Source of the DNA: Thermodesulfobacteriota bacterium
GTDB lineage: Bacteria; Desulfobacterota; Desulfobacteria; Desulfobacterales; SURF-7
Direction: 5' to 3'
Assembly (NCBI GenBank): GCA_049320885.1
Contig: JBMORA010000064.1
Location: 133,406-197,405 of the forward strand
Length of the DNA: 64,000 nucleotides
Positions 49,284 through 59,756 of this stretch are shown here, one piece after another. Both the position numbers and the translations under genes were made by a program. The notes below the pieces were generated by a model. The model ran no database searches. It saw only the letters and a program-made list of their open reading frames with translations, and was not told the DNA's origin. Every line of letters begins with the position of its first letter. Positions within the stretch are counted from its first letter, which is position 1.

Positions 49284-50366
49284 TTATTGATATCTAAGAC
49301 AGTGGGCAACGATAATATCGGACGGCGAAACCGGTATCTCCAGAAACGGATGCCGGAAGGCATCGGGCCGCTGGATGAATTGCCGGATCAAGGCGGGATC
49401 GAACCGGCTTAACAGCGCATTACGGCCCAGTCCCTGTTCTCTCTCGGAGACATTGCGCAGGATAAGAAGCGGTTTCCCCATATAATAGCATTCCTCCTGA
49501 TTGCTGCCGCCATCGGAAATCAAGAATTCCGCACGATCCAGCAAGGTCATGAAACGGACATAGTCATATCGCGGCCGCAGTTCAATATTATTGTTTGCGG
49601 AAAGGCGGCCGATCAGCTTATTGGCCGCAAGTCGTTCCTCGGTGAATTTATGCAGAATGAAAACCAGGTGGCGACTTTCGGCAATTTGAAGAATCGTGTC
49701 CACTATCCTGCGCGCCGAAGCATAGTTGCTGAAATTTTCAAATCGGTGCAACGACACCAGGCCGAATTCGGAGGAAGGGATGGGGATATCCTGTATGCGG
49801 TGGGTGATCGGCCGGATCATTTTCAGGGAGTCCAGTAAGCTATTTTCCTTTGTATTGATCGTGATCTTTTGTAAACCGGCCACGTTTCCGCAAGCCCGAG
49901 CGCCGGGACAGAAAAGGATATCCGCGATCCGAAAGGTGACCAGTCTGAAAATTTCTTCCGGAAACGGTTGAAAAAGATCGTGGGAGCGCAAACCGGACTC
50001 CACATGGGCGACTTTGAGTCCGGCCAGTCTGCCCATCAGGGCGCCGAGCAAGGTGGAAAAGGTGTCGCCGTGAACCAGGACGATGCCGTTGGTATCGTGC
50101 CGGAAGATTTTTTTCCCGCGGCGCAGCGTTTCCCAGAGGATGCGGATGCTCCAGCAGAGCATGTCGAATACGGCGGTAATATCCCTGCCGCTGTACAATT
50201 CCCGGTCGGGCTTCTTGATCCCGAAATTCGCGGAAATTTCATCCATGGTGGCGTGATGCTGACCGGTTGAGATATGATTGTAGTCGATGCCTCTGTCTTT
50301 CAAGCGCCGGAGAATGGGAGCCATTTTGATCAGCTGCGCTTTTGTCCCCGTAATGATGTGAATCAT
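49284..50366 (-). CDS. UDP-N-acetylglucosamine 2-epimerase family protein (WecB/WbpI-like)
   Basis: GTKAQLIKMAP, TGQH, VHGDT, AHVESGLRS, PFPEE, LHRFEN and DGGSNQEE motifs. Confidence 0.9.
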   Translation of the reverse strand: MIHIITGTKAQLIKMAPILRRLKDRGIDYNHISTGQHHATMDEISANFGIKKPDRELYSGRDITAVFDMLCWSIRILWETLRRGKKIFRHDTNGIVLVHGDTFSTLLGALMGRLAGLKVAHVESGLRSHDLFQPFPEEIFRLVTFRIADILFCPGARACGNVAGLQKITINTKENSLLDSLKMIRPITHRIQDIPIPSSEFGLVSLHRFENFSNYASARRIVDTILQIAESRHLVFILHKFTEERLAANKLIGRLSANNNIELRPRYDYVRFMTLLDRAEFLISDGGSNQEECYYMGKPLLILRNVSEREQGLGRNALLSRFDPALIRQFIQRPDAFRHPFLEIPVSPSDIIVAHCLRYQ

Positions 50367-50442
50367 GGCGCACCACCGGTCCCCTGGTCATGCCAGGTCC
50401 AAACCATTCGGAAAAAATGTATCTCGCCCCTGCCGTATTCCT

Positions 50443-52143
50443 TCATTGCCTGCTTGTCAGCTCCAATAATCCATGTCCATCCCTTGCATAAATTTTTTTC
50501 AGGTGCCGCTGGAAAAACAGGGCAAGCAGTTCTCGTTCTTTTTCCGGTAGAATCGTTTCGGCCCATTGCTCCAGGGCGTCGAATCGGACGATTACATGGG
50601 AGTAACGGTTTGCCTTCAATACGTGGTAAAGCTCTTCCGGACCGTTGAGTTGTTTCAGATTCTTGAAAAATTTTTTATAGTTGCAATCCATTTCGTGGTC
50701 GCTGTAATAAATTCGGTTTCCCAGAAACAGGGCCAGGATTTTGACGTCACCCCGCAGGTTTCTGTTTGCATGGTCAATGACCGGGTATTCCGGCCGGTAT
50801 CGACGGATGTAATCCGCGCGGGAGATATCACCGCTGATATACGCAAGGGGTTTTACAGTGTCAAACTGAAGCCCGAGGTAGGATGCATTGATCCCGCAGG
50901 CCAGGACGGCAAGTGCGACAAGAAGTCCGCGACCGATGGTTCCGGTGAGCTCGGTTTTTCTTGCGGCGCATAGATCGGCGACGTTCTTCAAACCAAAAAC
51001 CGACAAGATCACCAGCGGCGGGATGATCGGCGAGATCCAGCGGATGCGCATATCGATCTGGAAATAGACAAACAGCAGATACAGAACCGCAAAGGCCAGA
51101 AGAAGGCGTTTCTCCGCATGGACGCCATTGCCGGAAGAGGAACGGGACGGCCAGAACGCGAAAAAAGGAAACAGCAGCAAGAAAGGATTCAGCTTTCCGT
51201 CAAAAAACTTGGGGTCATCATCCTTGCCCTGAAAAAAGATCCGTAGCGGTATGGTCAGGGTTTCCATCAGGGATTCATTGAAAACGAGTTTCCTGACCCG
51301 GAAATGAGTCCATTTCCGCTGCTCGCGATCCGCCGGTTGCCCGTCCTCCTTGGGAGCGGAGTCCGGCCGGACGCCGGTTGATGGCAAGGATGCGGAATGG
51401 AACAGATGAGGATACAGGGGGTAAACGGGATTCCGGGTCCAAATGTAATTGCGTATCATCCAGGGAGAGAAAATCGTTAGGGCCGTCAGGAAAAAGAGGC
51501 ACCCGAGACCCATGGCCCGTAGCTGCCGGGGCATATCGGGTTGGCCGGATCGAACATAGAGGAAAGGAACAAACAATGTCAGGAAAAAAAGAACGATCAG
51601 GCCGTTGTATTTTGTTCCCAAAGCCAGGCCGCAGCATATGGCGGAAGTGATCAGCCATTTTGGATGGAAACGGTTTTCTCGCCAGTGCAGCAGCAGCAGC
51701 AGGGCGGCTGTTGAAAAAAAAATCAGCCCGAGATCCACATAAGCGCTGATGGAAAGCCGGATAACAACCGGCGTTGTCAGGAAAAACAGGGCGCCGAACA
51801 GCGCATGGGACGTATCTGTGCGTTTCCGCAGGTAGATGAAAACGATCCAGGCGGTCGACAGGGCGAAGCCGAAATGGATGTATTTGGGCGCGATATCGTT
51901 ACCGAAATACATCGGCAGCAGATACAGCAGTTCGAGGTTCATGGGATAATAGGAAAAAGGGATTCCGGGGATTTCGTAGATGCCGCCATGCCGGAGATAC
52001 AGTTTCGGCACGGCGAGATGGTGCGTGAGGGCGTCGCGGCAGACAGGCGGTACGGCGGCCAGCAGCATGATGAGAAGAATATGCAGGGCCAGCAGCAGTG
52101 TGAGGGACTGTTGAAGCCGTTTATTCGGAATCGGTTGCACCAT
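50443..52143 (-). CDS. GT-C fold glycosyltransferase (ArnT-like)
   Basis: PP..RDALTHHL..PK, YPMNLE, YVDL, GTKY and PWMIRN..WT.NP.YP motifs; start 52143 or 52206. Confidence 0.82.
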   Translation of the reverse strand: MVQPIPNKRLQQSLTLLLALHILLIMLLAAVPPVCRDALTHHLAVPKLYLRHGGIYEIPGIPFSYYPMNLELLYLLPMYFGNDIAPKYIHFGFALSTAWIVFIYLRKRTDTSHALFGALFFLTTPVVIRLSISAYVDLGLIFFSTAALLLLLHWRENRFHPKWLITSAICCGLALGTKYNGLIVLFFLTLFVPFLYVRSGQPDMPRQLRAMGLGCLFFLTALTIFSPWMIRNYIWTRNPVYPLYPHLFHSASLPSTGVRPDSAPKEDGQPADREQRKWTHFRVRKLVFNESLMETLTIPLRIFFQGKDDDPKFFDGKLNPFLLLFPFFAFWPSRSSSGNGVHAEKRLLLAFAVLYLLFVYFQIDMRIRWISPIIPPLVILSVFGLKNVADLCAARKTELTGTIGRGLLVALAVLACGINASYLGLQFDTVKPLAYISGDISRADYIRRYRPEYPVIDHANRNLRGDVKILALFLGNRIYYSDHEMDCNYKKFFKNLKQLNGPEELYHVLKANRYSHVIVRFDALEQWAETILPEKERELLALFFQRHLKKIYARDGHGLLELTSRQ

Positions 52144-52279
52144 CGCTGTCTCAATCGGTTTTTCCGGAAGCCGGAATTGGATTGGGGAGTCTATGTCTCT
52201 CGGCATTACGGCGATATTCTGATTCGGATTTGAAAAAAGATCAAGTGATATGATACCAATTCCATCCAGGGAGGTGTGA

Positions 52280-53632
52280 TTGAGCGACGGACAGAATCGG
52301 ATTTCCAGAGGATTGGTTCTTGGGGTTCTGCTGATTTTCCTTTTCGCAGTTTGGATCAGGGTGGAATATCTGCACCTAGCCGGAGGCGAGTTTTATCTCG
52401 AGCGCGATGCGAAACAATATATCGTCTATGCCCACAATTTGGTTGCGCACGGTGTCTTTTCGGTTGATCGTGGTGTTGATCCGCCGCGGCCGGACTCTTT
52501 TCGATCTCCCGGGTATCCGCTGCTGATCGCTGCATTCCTTCAGCTTGGAGGAGAGGAGCGATATCTGCACTATCTGGTTTACACCCAGGCGGTGATGACC
52601 GCGACTCTTTCGCCGTTGGTCTTTATCACCGGTGTCGCCTTTATGTCCCCGCTGTTTGCATTCATCGCCGCCGTTCTGACAGCTCTTTGCCCTCATCTCG
52701 TCAGCATATCCGGTTATGTGCTGACGGAAGCCCTGCTTTCCTTCCTCTTACTTGCGGCTGTATGCTGCCTTCAGCATGCGATCCAAAAGGCCGACACGGT
52801 GTTTCATGTCCTTGCGGCCATTCTGTTCGGCGGCGTCGTGTTGACCAACGAGGCGTATGTGATGATTCCGTTTTTCTCGGCCGCTGTGGCCTGGTTTCTA
52901 TGCCTCAAAGGTCGGAAGACGGTTGCCGGCAAGAAAATAATCCGCGATCTGCTCTTGTTTAGCCTGATTGTCGCGCTGTTCCCGATTGCCTGGGCCTTGC
53001 GCAATCATTTCACGGCAACCGAAGGGGTGGCCAAGGGCAGCGACCGCGCGGTTGCCACATTGAGCCATGGCGCGTACCCGGATTTTATTTACAAAAATCC
53101 TTTTTATCGACGCTTTCCGTATCGTGAAGACCCGCAGCAGCCGGAATTCGGGTCATCCCTGGATCAATTTCTGCGGATTCTGTGGTCCCGGGCCAAGGCG
53201 GAGCCGCTACGCTACATCAGATGGTATCTGCTGGGAAAACCCTATTATCTGTGGAGCTGGAGCATCATCCAGGGGGTCGGCGATATCTATATCTATCCGG
53301 TGAGGGTGAGCCTGTTCCAGGTTTCCCTGATTGCCGGAACCATCAGGGCCGGCATGAAACTGCTGCATCCCCTCGTGCTCGTCCTGGCCCTGCTCAGCCT
53401 GCCGGCGGTTTATGTCCAGTGGCGGCAAGCCATTCCCGGAGGCGACCGCGGCATCGACAGCCCCCTTCTGCCCCTTTCCGTTTGTGTGTATGTGACCTTG
53501 TTGTATATGATATTCGCTCCTTGGCCGCGGTACAGCATCCCTGTCCGGCCGGAGTTGTATCTCTGTTGCGTCTGGACGGGTTTTTTCTGTATGAATCGAA
53601 TGAAGGACGGGAAGGCGACGGAGAAGGCCTGA
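52280..53632 (+). CDS. GT-C fold glycosyltransferase (ArnT/PMT-like), paralogue of 34468-35799
   Basis: RDAKQY...AHNL..HGVFS, SPGYPLL, LTEALL and PRYSIPVRP motifs; TTG start with GGAGG. Confidence 0.8.
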   Translation: MSDGQNRISRGLVLGVLLIFLFAVWIRVEYLHLAGGEFYLERDAKQYIVYAHNLVAHGVFSVDRGVDPPRPDSFRSPGYPLLIAAFLQLGGEERYLHYLVYTQAVMTATLSPLVFITGVAFMSPLFAFIAAVLTALCPHLVSISGYVLTEALLSFLLLAAVCCLQHAIQKADTVFHVLAAILFGGVVLTNEAYVMIPFFSAAVAWFLCLKGRKTVAGKKIIRDLLLFSLIVALFPIAWALRNHFTATEGVAKGSDRAVATLSHGAYPDFIYKNPFYRRFPYREDPQQPEFGSSLDQFLRILWSRAKAEPLRYIRWYLLGKPYYLWSWSIIQGVGDIYIYPVRVSLFQVSLIAGTIRAGMKLLHPLVLVLALLSLPAVYVQWRQAIPGGDRGIDSPLLPLSVCVYVTLLYMIFAPWPRYSIPVRPELYLCCVWTGFFCMNRMKDGKATEKA

Positions 53633-53689
53633 TATAAAAATCCTTCAACTCACTACTGTTTTTTCATTACATCACCCATATGAGGAATC

Positions 53690-55105
53690 ATGAAGGTCTT
53701 ACTGATCAATCCCCCCCGGTTGGCGGAAATCGCCGGTAATAACCCGGCCATCATAGAAGAACAGAGAGGTTTTAATCCGCCGTTGGGTCTTTTGTATATC
53801 GCCGCGTTTCTTGAAAAGAGCGCGGAGCACGAAGTGCGTGTGCTGGATTCCCAGGTGGAGAAACTGGGCTATGACGGATTGAAGCAAAGAATCGCTGACC
53901 TGCGGCCCGATATTGTCGGTATCACCGCCATGACGCTGACGTTGATCGATGTGTTGCAAACCGCGGCAACCGTCAAGGAGATCAATCCCGATACGATCGT
54001 GGTATTGGGCGGGCCCCATGTCAATTTGTTTCCGGAAGAAACCATCCGTTTTGCCAATGTGGATTATCTGGTGCTGGGAGAAGGCGAGGAGGTGTTCCGG
54101 GACCTGGTTGCAGCCATCGATAAGGGGGGAGATCCGGCCGCAATAAAAGGAGTCTTTTTTTTATGTAACGGCGGCATCGTCAATACCGGTTCCAGGCCGC
54201 ATATCGAGAATTTGGATGCGCTGCCCTTTCCTGCAAGGCACTTGGTGCCGTATCGGCAGTATACTTCCCTGCTTTCCAAAGGGAAGGTCGTAACCACCAT
54301 CATCACCAGCCGCGGCTGTCCATACCAGTGCGCTTTCTGCGACCGCCCCAGTCTTGGCAAAAAATTTCGCGCCCGTTCGGCCGTGAATATCGTCGACGAG
54401 CTGGAGGAATGCGTCCAAATGGGAATTCAGGAATTCCTGTTCTATGACGACACGTTTACCGTCAGCAAGAAAAGAGTATTGGAGGTCTGCCGGGAGATTG
54501 TGCGGCGCAGGTTGACAATATCCTGGGACATCCGCGCCAGGGTGGATACGGTGGACGAGGAAATGCTGGCCCATCTGAGGCGTGCGGGATGCAGCGGGAT
54601 CCATTACGGGGTGGAGGCCGGCACGGAAAAAATCCTGAAGGTGTTGAACAAAGGTATCTCCCTCGCCCATGCCGCAACCATTTTCAAGCTGACCCGCCGG
54701 CAAAAGATACAGACGTTGGCCTATTTCATGATCGGAAATCCCACCGAGACCATTGCGGATATTCAGGCAACATTCCGGATGATGAAACGCCTGAATCCGG
54801 ATTACGTTCATCTGACCATATTGACCCCTTTCCCCGGCACCCGGATCTATCTGGATGGCCTCAAGTCCGGGAGAATCGAAAAGGATTGGTGGCGGGAATT
54901 CGCCCGCAATCCCCGGAAGGACTTTATGGCGCCGCACTGGAACGAATTCTTCACCAAGGAAGAATTGAACCGTCTGTTGGTGAAAGGCTACCGGTCTTTC
55001 TATCTGCGGCCGAACTATATACTACGAAGGATTTGGAAACTTCACTCCTTCCGCGAGTTGAAAACCAAGGCCGCGGCTGGTGTAAAGGTTTTACGGATGC
55101 GATGA
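53690..55105 (+). CDS. Cobalamin-dependent radical SAM protein
   Basis: B12-binding N-terminus (PPLGLLYIA, GGPH, GEGE), SRGCPYQCAFC, YDDTF and PFPGT. Confidence 0.94.
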   Translation: MKVLLINPPRLAEIAGNNPAIIEEQRGFNPPLGLLYIAAFLEKSAEHEVRVLDSQVEKLGYDGLKQRIADLRPDIVGITAMTLTLIDVLQTAATVKEINPDTIVVLGGPHVNLFPEETIRFANVDYLVLGEGEEVFRDLVAAIDKGGDPAAIKGVFFLCNGGIVNTGSRPHIENLDALPFPARHLVPYRQYTSLLSKGKVVTTIITSRGCPYQCAFCDRPSLGKKFRARSAVNIVDELEECVQMGIQEFLFYDDTFTVSKKRVLEVCREIVRRRLTISWDIRARVDTVDEEMLAHLRRAGCSGIHYGVEAGTEKILKVLNKGISLAHAATIFKLTRRQKIQTLAYFMIGNPTETIADIQATFRMMKRLNPDYVHLTILTPFPGTRIYLDGLKSGRIEKDWWREFARNPRKDFMAPHWNEFFTKEELNRLLVKGYRSFYLRPNYILRRIWKLHSFRELKTKAAAGVKVLRMR

Positions 55106-55168
55106 GAGAATTAGCGTGTCGGTCGGAATACGGAAACGGAGAACCTGACCGATGGCGGAAGGTGGATT

Positions 55169-56608
55169 ATGCAATATGCGATGGATGACCCGTTGTTTGA
55201 TATCGTTCTGCTAAACATAAACTATTCGAATCATGCGGATGCCGCCGAAGGTTTGGTCCCGCCCTTAGGGCTGTGCTATATTTCTTCCTATTTAAAAAAC
55301 CTGTCAATAAAATCCAAAATAATTGACGCAAACGCATTGAACCTGAAAGAAGAAGAAATAATCGGCCTGCTTGCGAAATACCGGCCCAGAGCCGTCGGAA
55401 TATCCGCAACCACTCCAACCATAGTAAAAGCTTACGAAACAATTGATTGTATAAAATCCTTTTTCCCTGGAATGGTGGTTATTATCGGCGGTCCGCATCC
55501 ATCCGCTTTGCCGAGGCAGACATTGGAGGAAAATAAAAATATCGATATCGTGGTCAAGGGGGAAGGAGAAATCACAACACGCGAACTTGTCGCGGCGATT
55601 AAAAAGAATGAAGGCTATAGAGGGATTAAGGGGATAATTTATCGTGAAGGTACGGAAATTCGAGTGAATCCCCAAAGAGAAAGAATAGTTGATATAGATC
55701 AATTGCCTTTCCCGGACAGATCGGATTTGCCCATCCACAAATACAGACCGTCGATAAAGTGGTATCAGCGCACCCCCTTCACAACGATAATGACTTCCAG
55801 GGGTTGCCCAAATGATTGTATTTTTTGTGCTTCCAAAAATATACTGGGACGGACCGTGAGGTTTCGTTCGCCTGAAAATGTGATCGCTGAAATCAAACTC
55901 TTAATCGAACAGTTCGGGATTAAAGAAATCATTTTTTATGACGATACATTCACGCACAATAAAAAACATGCCCAGCGGATCTGTGAATGCATGCTTAGGG
56001 AAAAACTTGATATAACATGGGGGTGCTTGAGCCGGGTCGATAAAGTGGATAAGCCGCTCTTGGAACTTATGAAGAAAGCCGGCTGCCATATCCTGTCGTA
56101 TGGTGTGGAATCCGGAAATCAAGAGATGCTGCGGAGGATGAGAAAAAAAACAAAGCTTGAACAGATACGGGAAGCAATAAAAGCAACAACTGAAGCGGGC
56201 ATCGATATTTCCACATCCTTTGTTTTTGGCGTGCCCGGGGAAACCAAGGCGTCAATGGAAGAAACCATTCGATTCGCCTTGGAAATAGATCCGCTGTTCG
56301 CCCAATTTTATCGGGTTGTCCCTTTTCCAGGTACGGATTTGTTCACGATGTATCTGGAACAAAATGCCGGGGAAAAAATTAAATGGCAGGAATTCCTTGA
56401 AGTGGGAAATTCAGATAATTTGATTAAGCTAGATACGATTACGACGGCGGATTTTAACCGGTTGTTGAAAGAGAGCTACAAACGTTTTTATTTGCGACCA
56501 AGTAAGATATTGAAAATATTATACAAAATGTCAACGCCTTATAAAATCCAAGGACTTCTGCGGGCATTTGCCGCATTTATGGGCATTGTGGTAAAAAAGA
56601 AGCAGTAA
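55169..56608 (+). CDS. Cobalamin-dependent radical SAM protein (second copy)
   Basis: PPLGLCYIS, GGPH, GEGE, SRGCPNDCIFC, YDDTF, GVESG and PFPGT motifs. Confidence 0.94.
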   Translation: MQYAMDDPLFDIVLLNINYSNHADAAEGLVPPLGLCYISSYLKNLSIKSKIIDANALNLKEEEIIGLLAKYRPRAVGISATTPTIVKAYETIDCIKSFFPGMVVIIGGPHPSALPRQTLEENKNIDIVVKGEGEITTRELVAAIKKNEGYRGIKGIIYREGTEIRVNPQRERIVDIDQLPFPDRSDLPIHKYRPSIKWYQRTPFTTIMTSRGCPNDCIFCASKNILGRTVRFRSPENVIAEIKLLIEQFGIKEIIFYDDTFTHNKKHAQRICECMLREKLDITWGCLSRVDKVDKPLLELMKKAGCHILSYGVESGNQEMLRRMRKKTKLEQIREAIKATTEAGIDISTSFVFGVPGETKASMEETIRFALEIDPLFAQFYRVVPFPGTDLFTMYLEQNAGEKIKWQEFLEVGNSDNLIKLDTITTADFNRLLKESYKRFYLRPSKILKILYKMSTPYKIQGLLRAFAAFMGIVVKKKQ

Positions 56609-56703
56609 AACGGCTGTGGGTGCGTTGTCGGAGCGTGCCGCGCATCGGTTGGAGATGGCTTCCGGCTTCCTTCCCATGCGGAAAGAAACGGGCCGACATA
56701 TTG

Positions 56704-57576
56704 TTATGGCAACCGTTTATCGATCAGGTCGGCCAGCATTCCGATGGCCAGAACGAGCACCGAGGTCATGACCAGCACCCCGAAGGTGACATCCATGATT
56801 CTGTCGGTGACAAGCCAGCTGACAACGGCCACCATAATGGCGCAGACCAGCAGTAAACCGCTCATGGGGATGAATACCTGCAGCGGTTTGAAATACAAAC
56901 AGGTCCGGATGATCAGCTGCAGGAAATTGAGGGTGTCATAGAACGGGCGAATCTTTGATTTCCCACCGCGTTCATAGTAGTTGATAGGCAGGAATTGAAC
57001 CCGCAGGTTGTTGGTGAGCATGGCCAGTGTAATGGTGGTGGTGAAGGAAAAGCCGTCCGGCAATATGTTCATGAAGCGCCGGATATCCTCGCGCTTCATG
57101 ATGCGAAGACCGGAGTTGATGTCAGGGATGGTGGTTCCGGCCAGATAATTCGCCAGCCGATTCAGAATTCCTTTGGCCACCTTCCGGAACAGCGGGATTT
57201 TGACAATCTTGCCGGTCCGCGCACCGACGACCATGGAGGCGTCGACTCGTTTCATTTCATGGAACAAGTCGGGGATTTGCTCGTTCGGATAGGTTCCATC
57301 GGCATCCGTGATGCAGATATAGGGGGCCGTGGAGATTCCGATCCCGGTTTTCAGGGAGGCTCCGTATCCTCGATTCACCGGGTGATGAATGACCGTGAAG
57401 CCGGGATGGTTTATCCGGGACAACAATTCCCGGGTCCGGTCGGTGGAGCCGTCATTGACGAACACGACTTCAAATTCCGGTTCCGACCGTCGTGTCAGAT
57501 CCTCCAGCTGACGGATGGTTTCCGGCAGGTTGGCTTCTTCGTTGAAAACCGGTATTACAATTGCGATTCTTTCCAC
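56704..57576 (-). CDS. GT2 glycosyltransferase, DPM1-like
   Basis: IPVFNE, NDGSTD, NRGYGA, DADGTY, DINSGLR and two C-terminal TM helices; GTG 57576 has an AGGAG RBS (longer starts overlap or crowd the divergent gene). Confidence 0.9.
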   Translation of the reverse strand: MERIAIVIPVFNEEANLPETIRQLEDLTRRSEPEFEVVFVNDGSTDRTRELLSRINHPGFTVIHHPVNRGYGASLKTGIGISTAPYICITDADGTYPNEQIPDLFHEMKRVDASMVVGARTGKIVKIPLFRKVAKGILNRLANYLAGTTIPDINSGLRIMKREDIRRFMNILPDGFSFTTTITLAMLTNNLRVQFLPINYYERGGKSKIRPFYDTLNFLQLIIRTCLYFKPLQVFIPMSGLLLVCAIMVAVVSWLVTDRIMDVTFGVLVMTSVLVLAIGMLADLIDKRLP

Positions 57577-57647
57577 ACCGGCGCTCCTGTGAGGCAGTTT
57601 GTTCGCATGGACATTCATCAATACAAGGCAGCAATACCAGGTGAAAC

Positions 57648-59756
57648 ATGAAAAACGGTTCCAATGGTCTTTCGCCGCAACGGCTTGAAATTCTGTTTTT
57701 GCTGCTGGCGGCATGTCTGGTTTTATTAGTCTATTCCAACACCTTTCACAATCCTTTTATTTTTGACGATGTGGTCGGCATTACCGGGAATCCCAACATA
57801 CGGCTGAAGGAGTTCACGCTTGGGGGGCTTTTGCGGGCACCGCTCGATAATGAATATTCGTCCCGTCCGGTGGCCTTGATCAGTTTCGCCCTGAATTATT
57901 ATTTCCATCAGTACGATGTTTTCGGGTATCATCTCGTCAATATCCTGATTCATATCATAACCGGGACAATGCTGTATTTTTTTCTGAAAACAACATTGAT
58001 CCTGCACTCGAAAAATGCCGCCTTGGCATCCGACCTGCAACCGCACGGCATCCAGGTCGTTGCCTATGTGGCAGCGCTTGTCTGGTTTGTTCATCCGGTC
58101 CAGACGCAGTCGGTGAATTACATGGTTCAACGGATGAACAGCCTGGCGGCCATGTTTTTCATCGTATCCATGCTGCTGTATGCCCAATCGCGCCGGCTGC
58201 GAAATAGTCGCGCCGCCCGGCCGCTGTTGATGGGTTCCTTCCTTTCGGGGCTCCTGGCCATTGCCTCAAAGGAAAATGCGGTGATGCTGCCGGTGGTGAT
58301 GCTGTTGTATGAATGGTATTTCATTCAAGACCTGAACCGGAGATGGCTCAGGCGGAATGCGATTCTGTTCGGGGCAATCGCGGTGTTCGCTGGAATCACG
58401 GTGGTGATTTTTCTGGGCGCCCACCCCCTGGATACAATTGCCGCCATGTATGCCAAGAAAGGTTTCACCCTTTCCCAAAGGCTTATGACCGAATCCCGGG
58501 TGCTGGTGTACTATGTCAGCCTGCTGGTTTTCCCCCATCCGTCCAGATTGAATCTGGAGTATGATTTTCCTCTTTCCCGGGGTCTGCTAAATCCTCCGGA
58601 CACCTTGTTTTGTCTGGCGGTTTTGGCGATTCTGACTGGTGCTGCCGTCGTCAATGCCCGGAAAGAACGCTTGCTTTCTTTCTGTGTGCTGTGGTTTCTG
58701 GGAAATCTTATCATCGAATCAACGGTGATTCCCGTTGAAATCATTTTCGAGCACCGGCTGTACCTTCCTTCCATGTTTGTTGCCCTGTTATTCGTCATCC
58801 TGGGGCAGCGGCTTCTTTCAATGCGTTGGCTGCGGGTCGGCGTGGTGCTGTTGGTCCTGTCCGTTTTTTCCGTCTGGTCCTTTGAAAGAAACAAGGTCTG
58901 GCAGACCGAGGAGGCTCTTTGGACGGACTGTACCCGGAAATCGCCGGAGAAATACAGACCGTGGGTGAATCTCGGCGAGGCCCTTTCCCGGCAGGGAAGG
59001 ATGCGGGAGGCGGCGGAACAATACCGGGTGGCGCTGCGCATCCATCCCCGGCATGATGCCTGCCGCTACAATCTGGGCAGCGCCTTGTACTCCCTGGGAG
59101 AAATCGAGGAAGCCATCGTGCAGTTTCAGGAAGCGCTGCGGCTGAATCCATTGCATTCGCAGGCGCATAACAATCTTGGGATCGCCCTGATTCAGCAGGG
59201 CCGGCTGGAAGAGGGTATTCAGCATTTCAAGGCGGCCCTGGATATTGATCCCAAGGATGCAAAAGCCGCAATGCACCATCGGCTGGCGACTTCCATTTAT
59301 CGTCAGATTGAAACCGAAGCGGATGGTTTTGAAGCGGCGCTCCGGGAAATTTCCGTTGATGATTCGGAGCTGCCGATAAAATTTGAATTGCTGCATAAAC
59401 GCAAGGCCGGTCTGGAGACGGCTCTGGAACGGTTTCGCGGGGCTTTATCGCGTCAGCACGGGCATCCGGCCCTGGATGCGGATAGAATTTCCAAGGTCCG
59501 CATGGTGAAAGCGGCGTATGAAGCGCGGTTGCCTGTTTTTGAGTCCATCGCTGCCGTACATCCCGATTTTCCGTCCGTTTATTATGATATCGCCTGCATC
59601 AAGGCGCGGCTGGAAGAATCAACGGAAGCCCTGGCGTATCTTCACAAGGCGATTCAATACGGATTCCGGAACGCGGGGCTACTGAAAATGGATCGGGATC
59701 TGGATGCGATAAGGGAAAGGGTTCACTACATCGAAGGCGATGGGCACGGCGGCTGA
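57648..59756 (+). CDS. TMTC-like GT-C membrane glycosyltransferase with TPRs (second copy)
   Basis: FIFDD...ITGN, SRPV...SFALN, YHLVNILIH, HPVQTQSVNYMVQR, SKEN and FEHRLYLPS motifs, TPRs, and a terminal YYDIAC...GF...DRDLDAIR repeat. Confidence 0.87.
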   Translation: MKNGSNGLSPQRLEILFLLLAACLVLLVYSNTFHNPFIFDDVVGITGNPNIRLKEFTLGGLLRAPLDNEYSSRPVALISFALNYYFHQYDVFGYHLVNILIHIITGTMLYFFLKTTLILHSKNAALASDLQPHGIQVVAYVAALVWFVHPVQTQSVNYMVQRMNSLAAMFFIVSMLLYAQSRRLRNSRAARPLLMGSFLSGLLAIASKENAVMLPVVMLLYEWYFIQDLNRRWLRRNAILFGAIAVFAGITVVIFLGAHPLDTIAAMYAKKGFTLSQRLMTESRVLVYYVSLLVFPHPSRLNLEYDFPLSRGLLNPPDTLFCLAVLAILTGAAVVNARKERLLSFCVLWFLGNLIIESTVIPVEIIFEHRLYLPSMFVALLFVILGQRLLSMRWLRVGVVLLVLSVFSVWSFERNKVWQTEEALWTDCTRKSPEKYRPWVNLGEALSRQGRMREAAEQYRVALRIHPRHDACRYNLGSALYSLGEIEEAIVQFQEALRLNPLHSQAHNNLGIALIQQGRLEEGIQHFKAALDIDPKDAKAAMHHRLATSIYRQIETEADGFEAALREISVDDSELPIKFELLHKRKAGLETALERFRGALSRQHGHPALDADRISKVRMVKAAYEARLPVFESIAAVHPDFPSVYYDIACIKARLEESTEALAYLHKAIQYGFRNAGLLKMDRDLDAIRERVHYIEGDGHGG

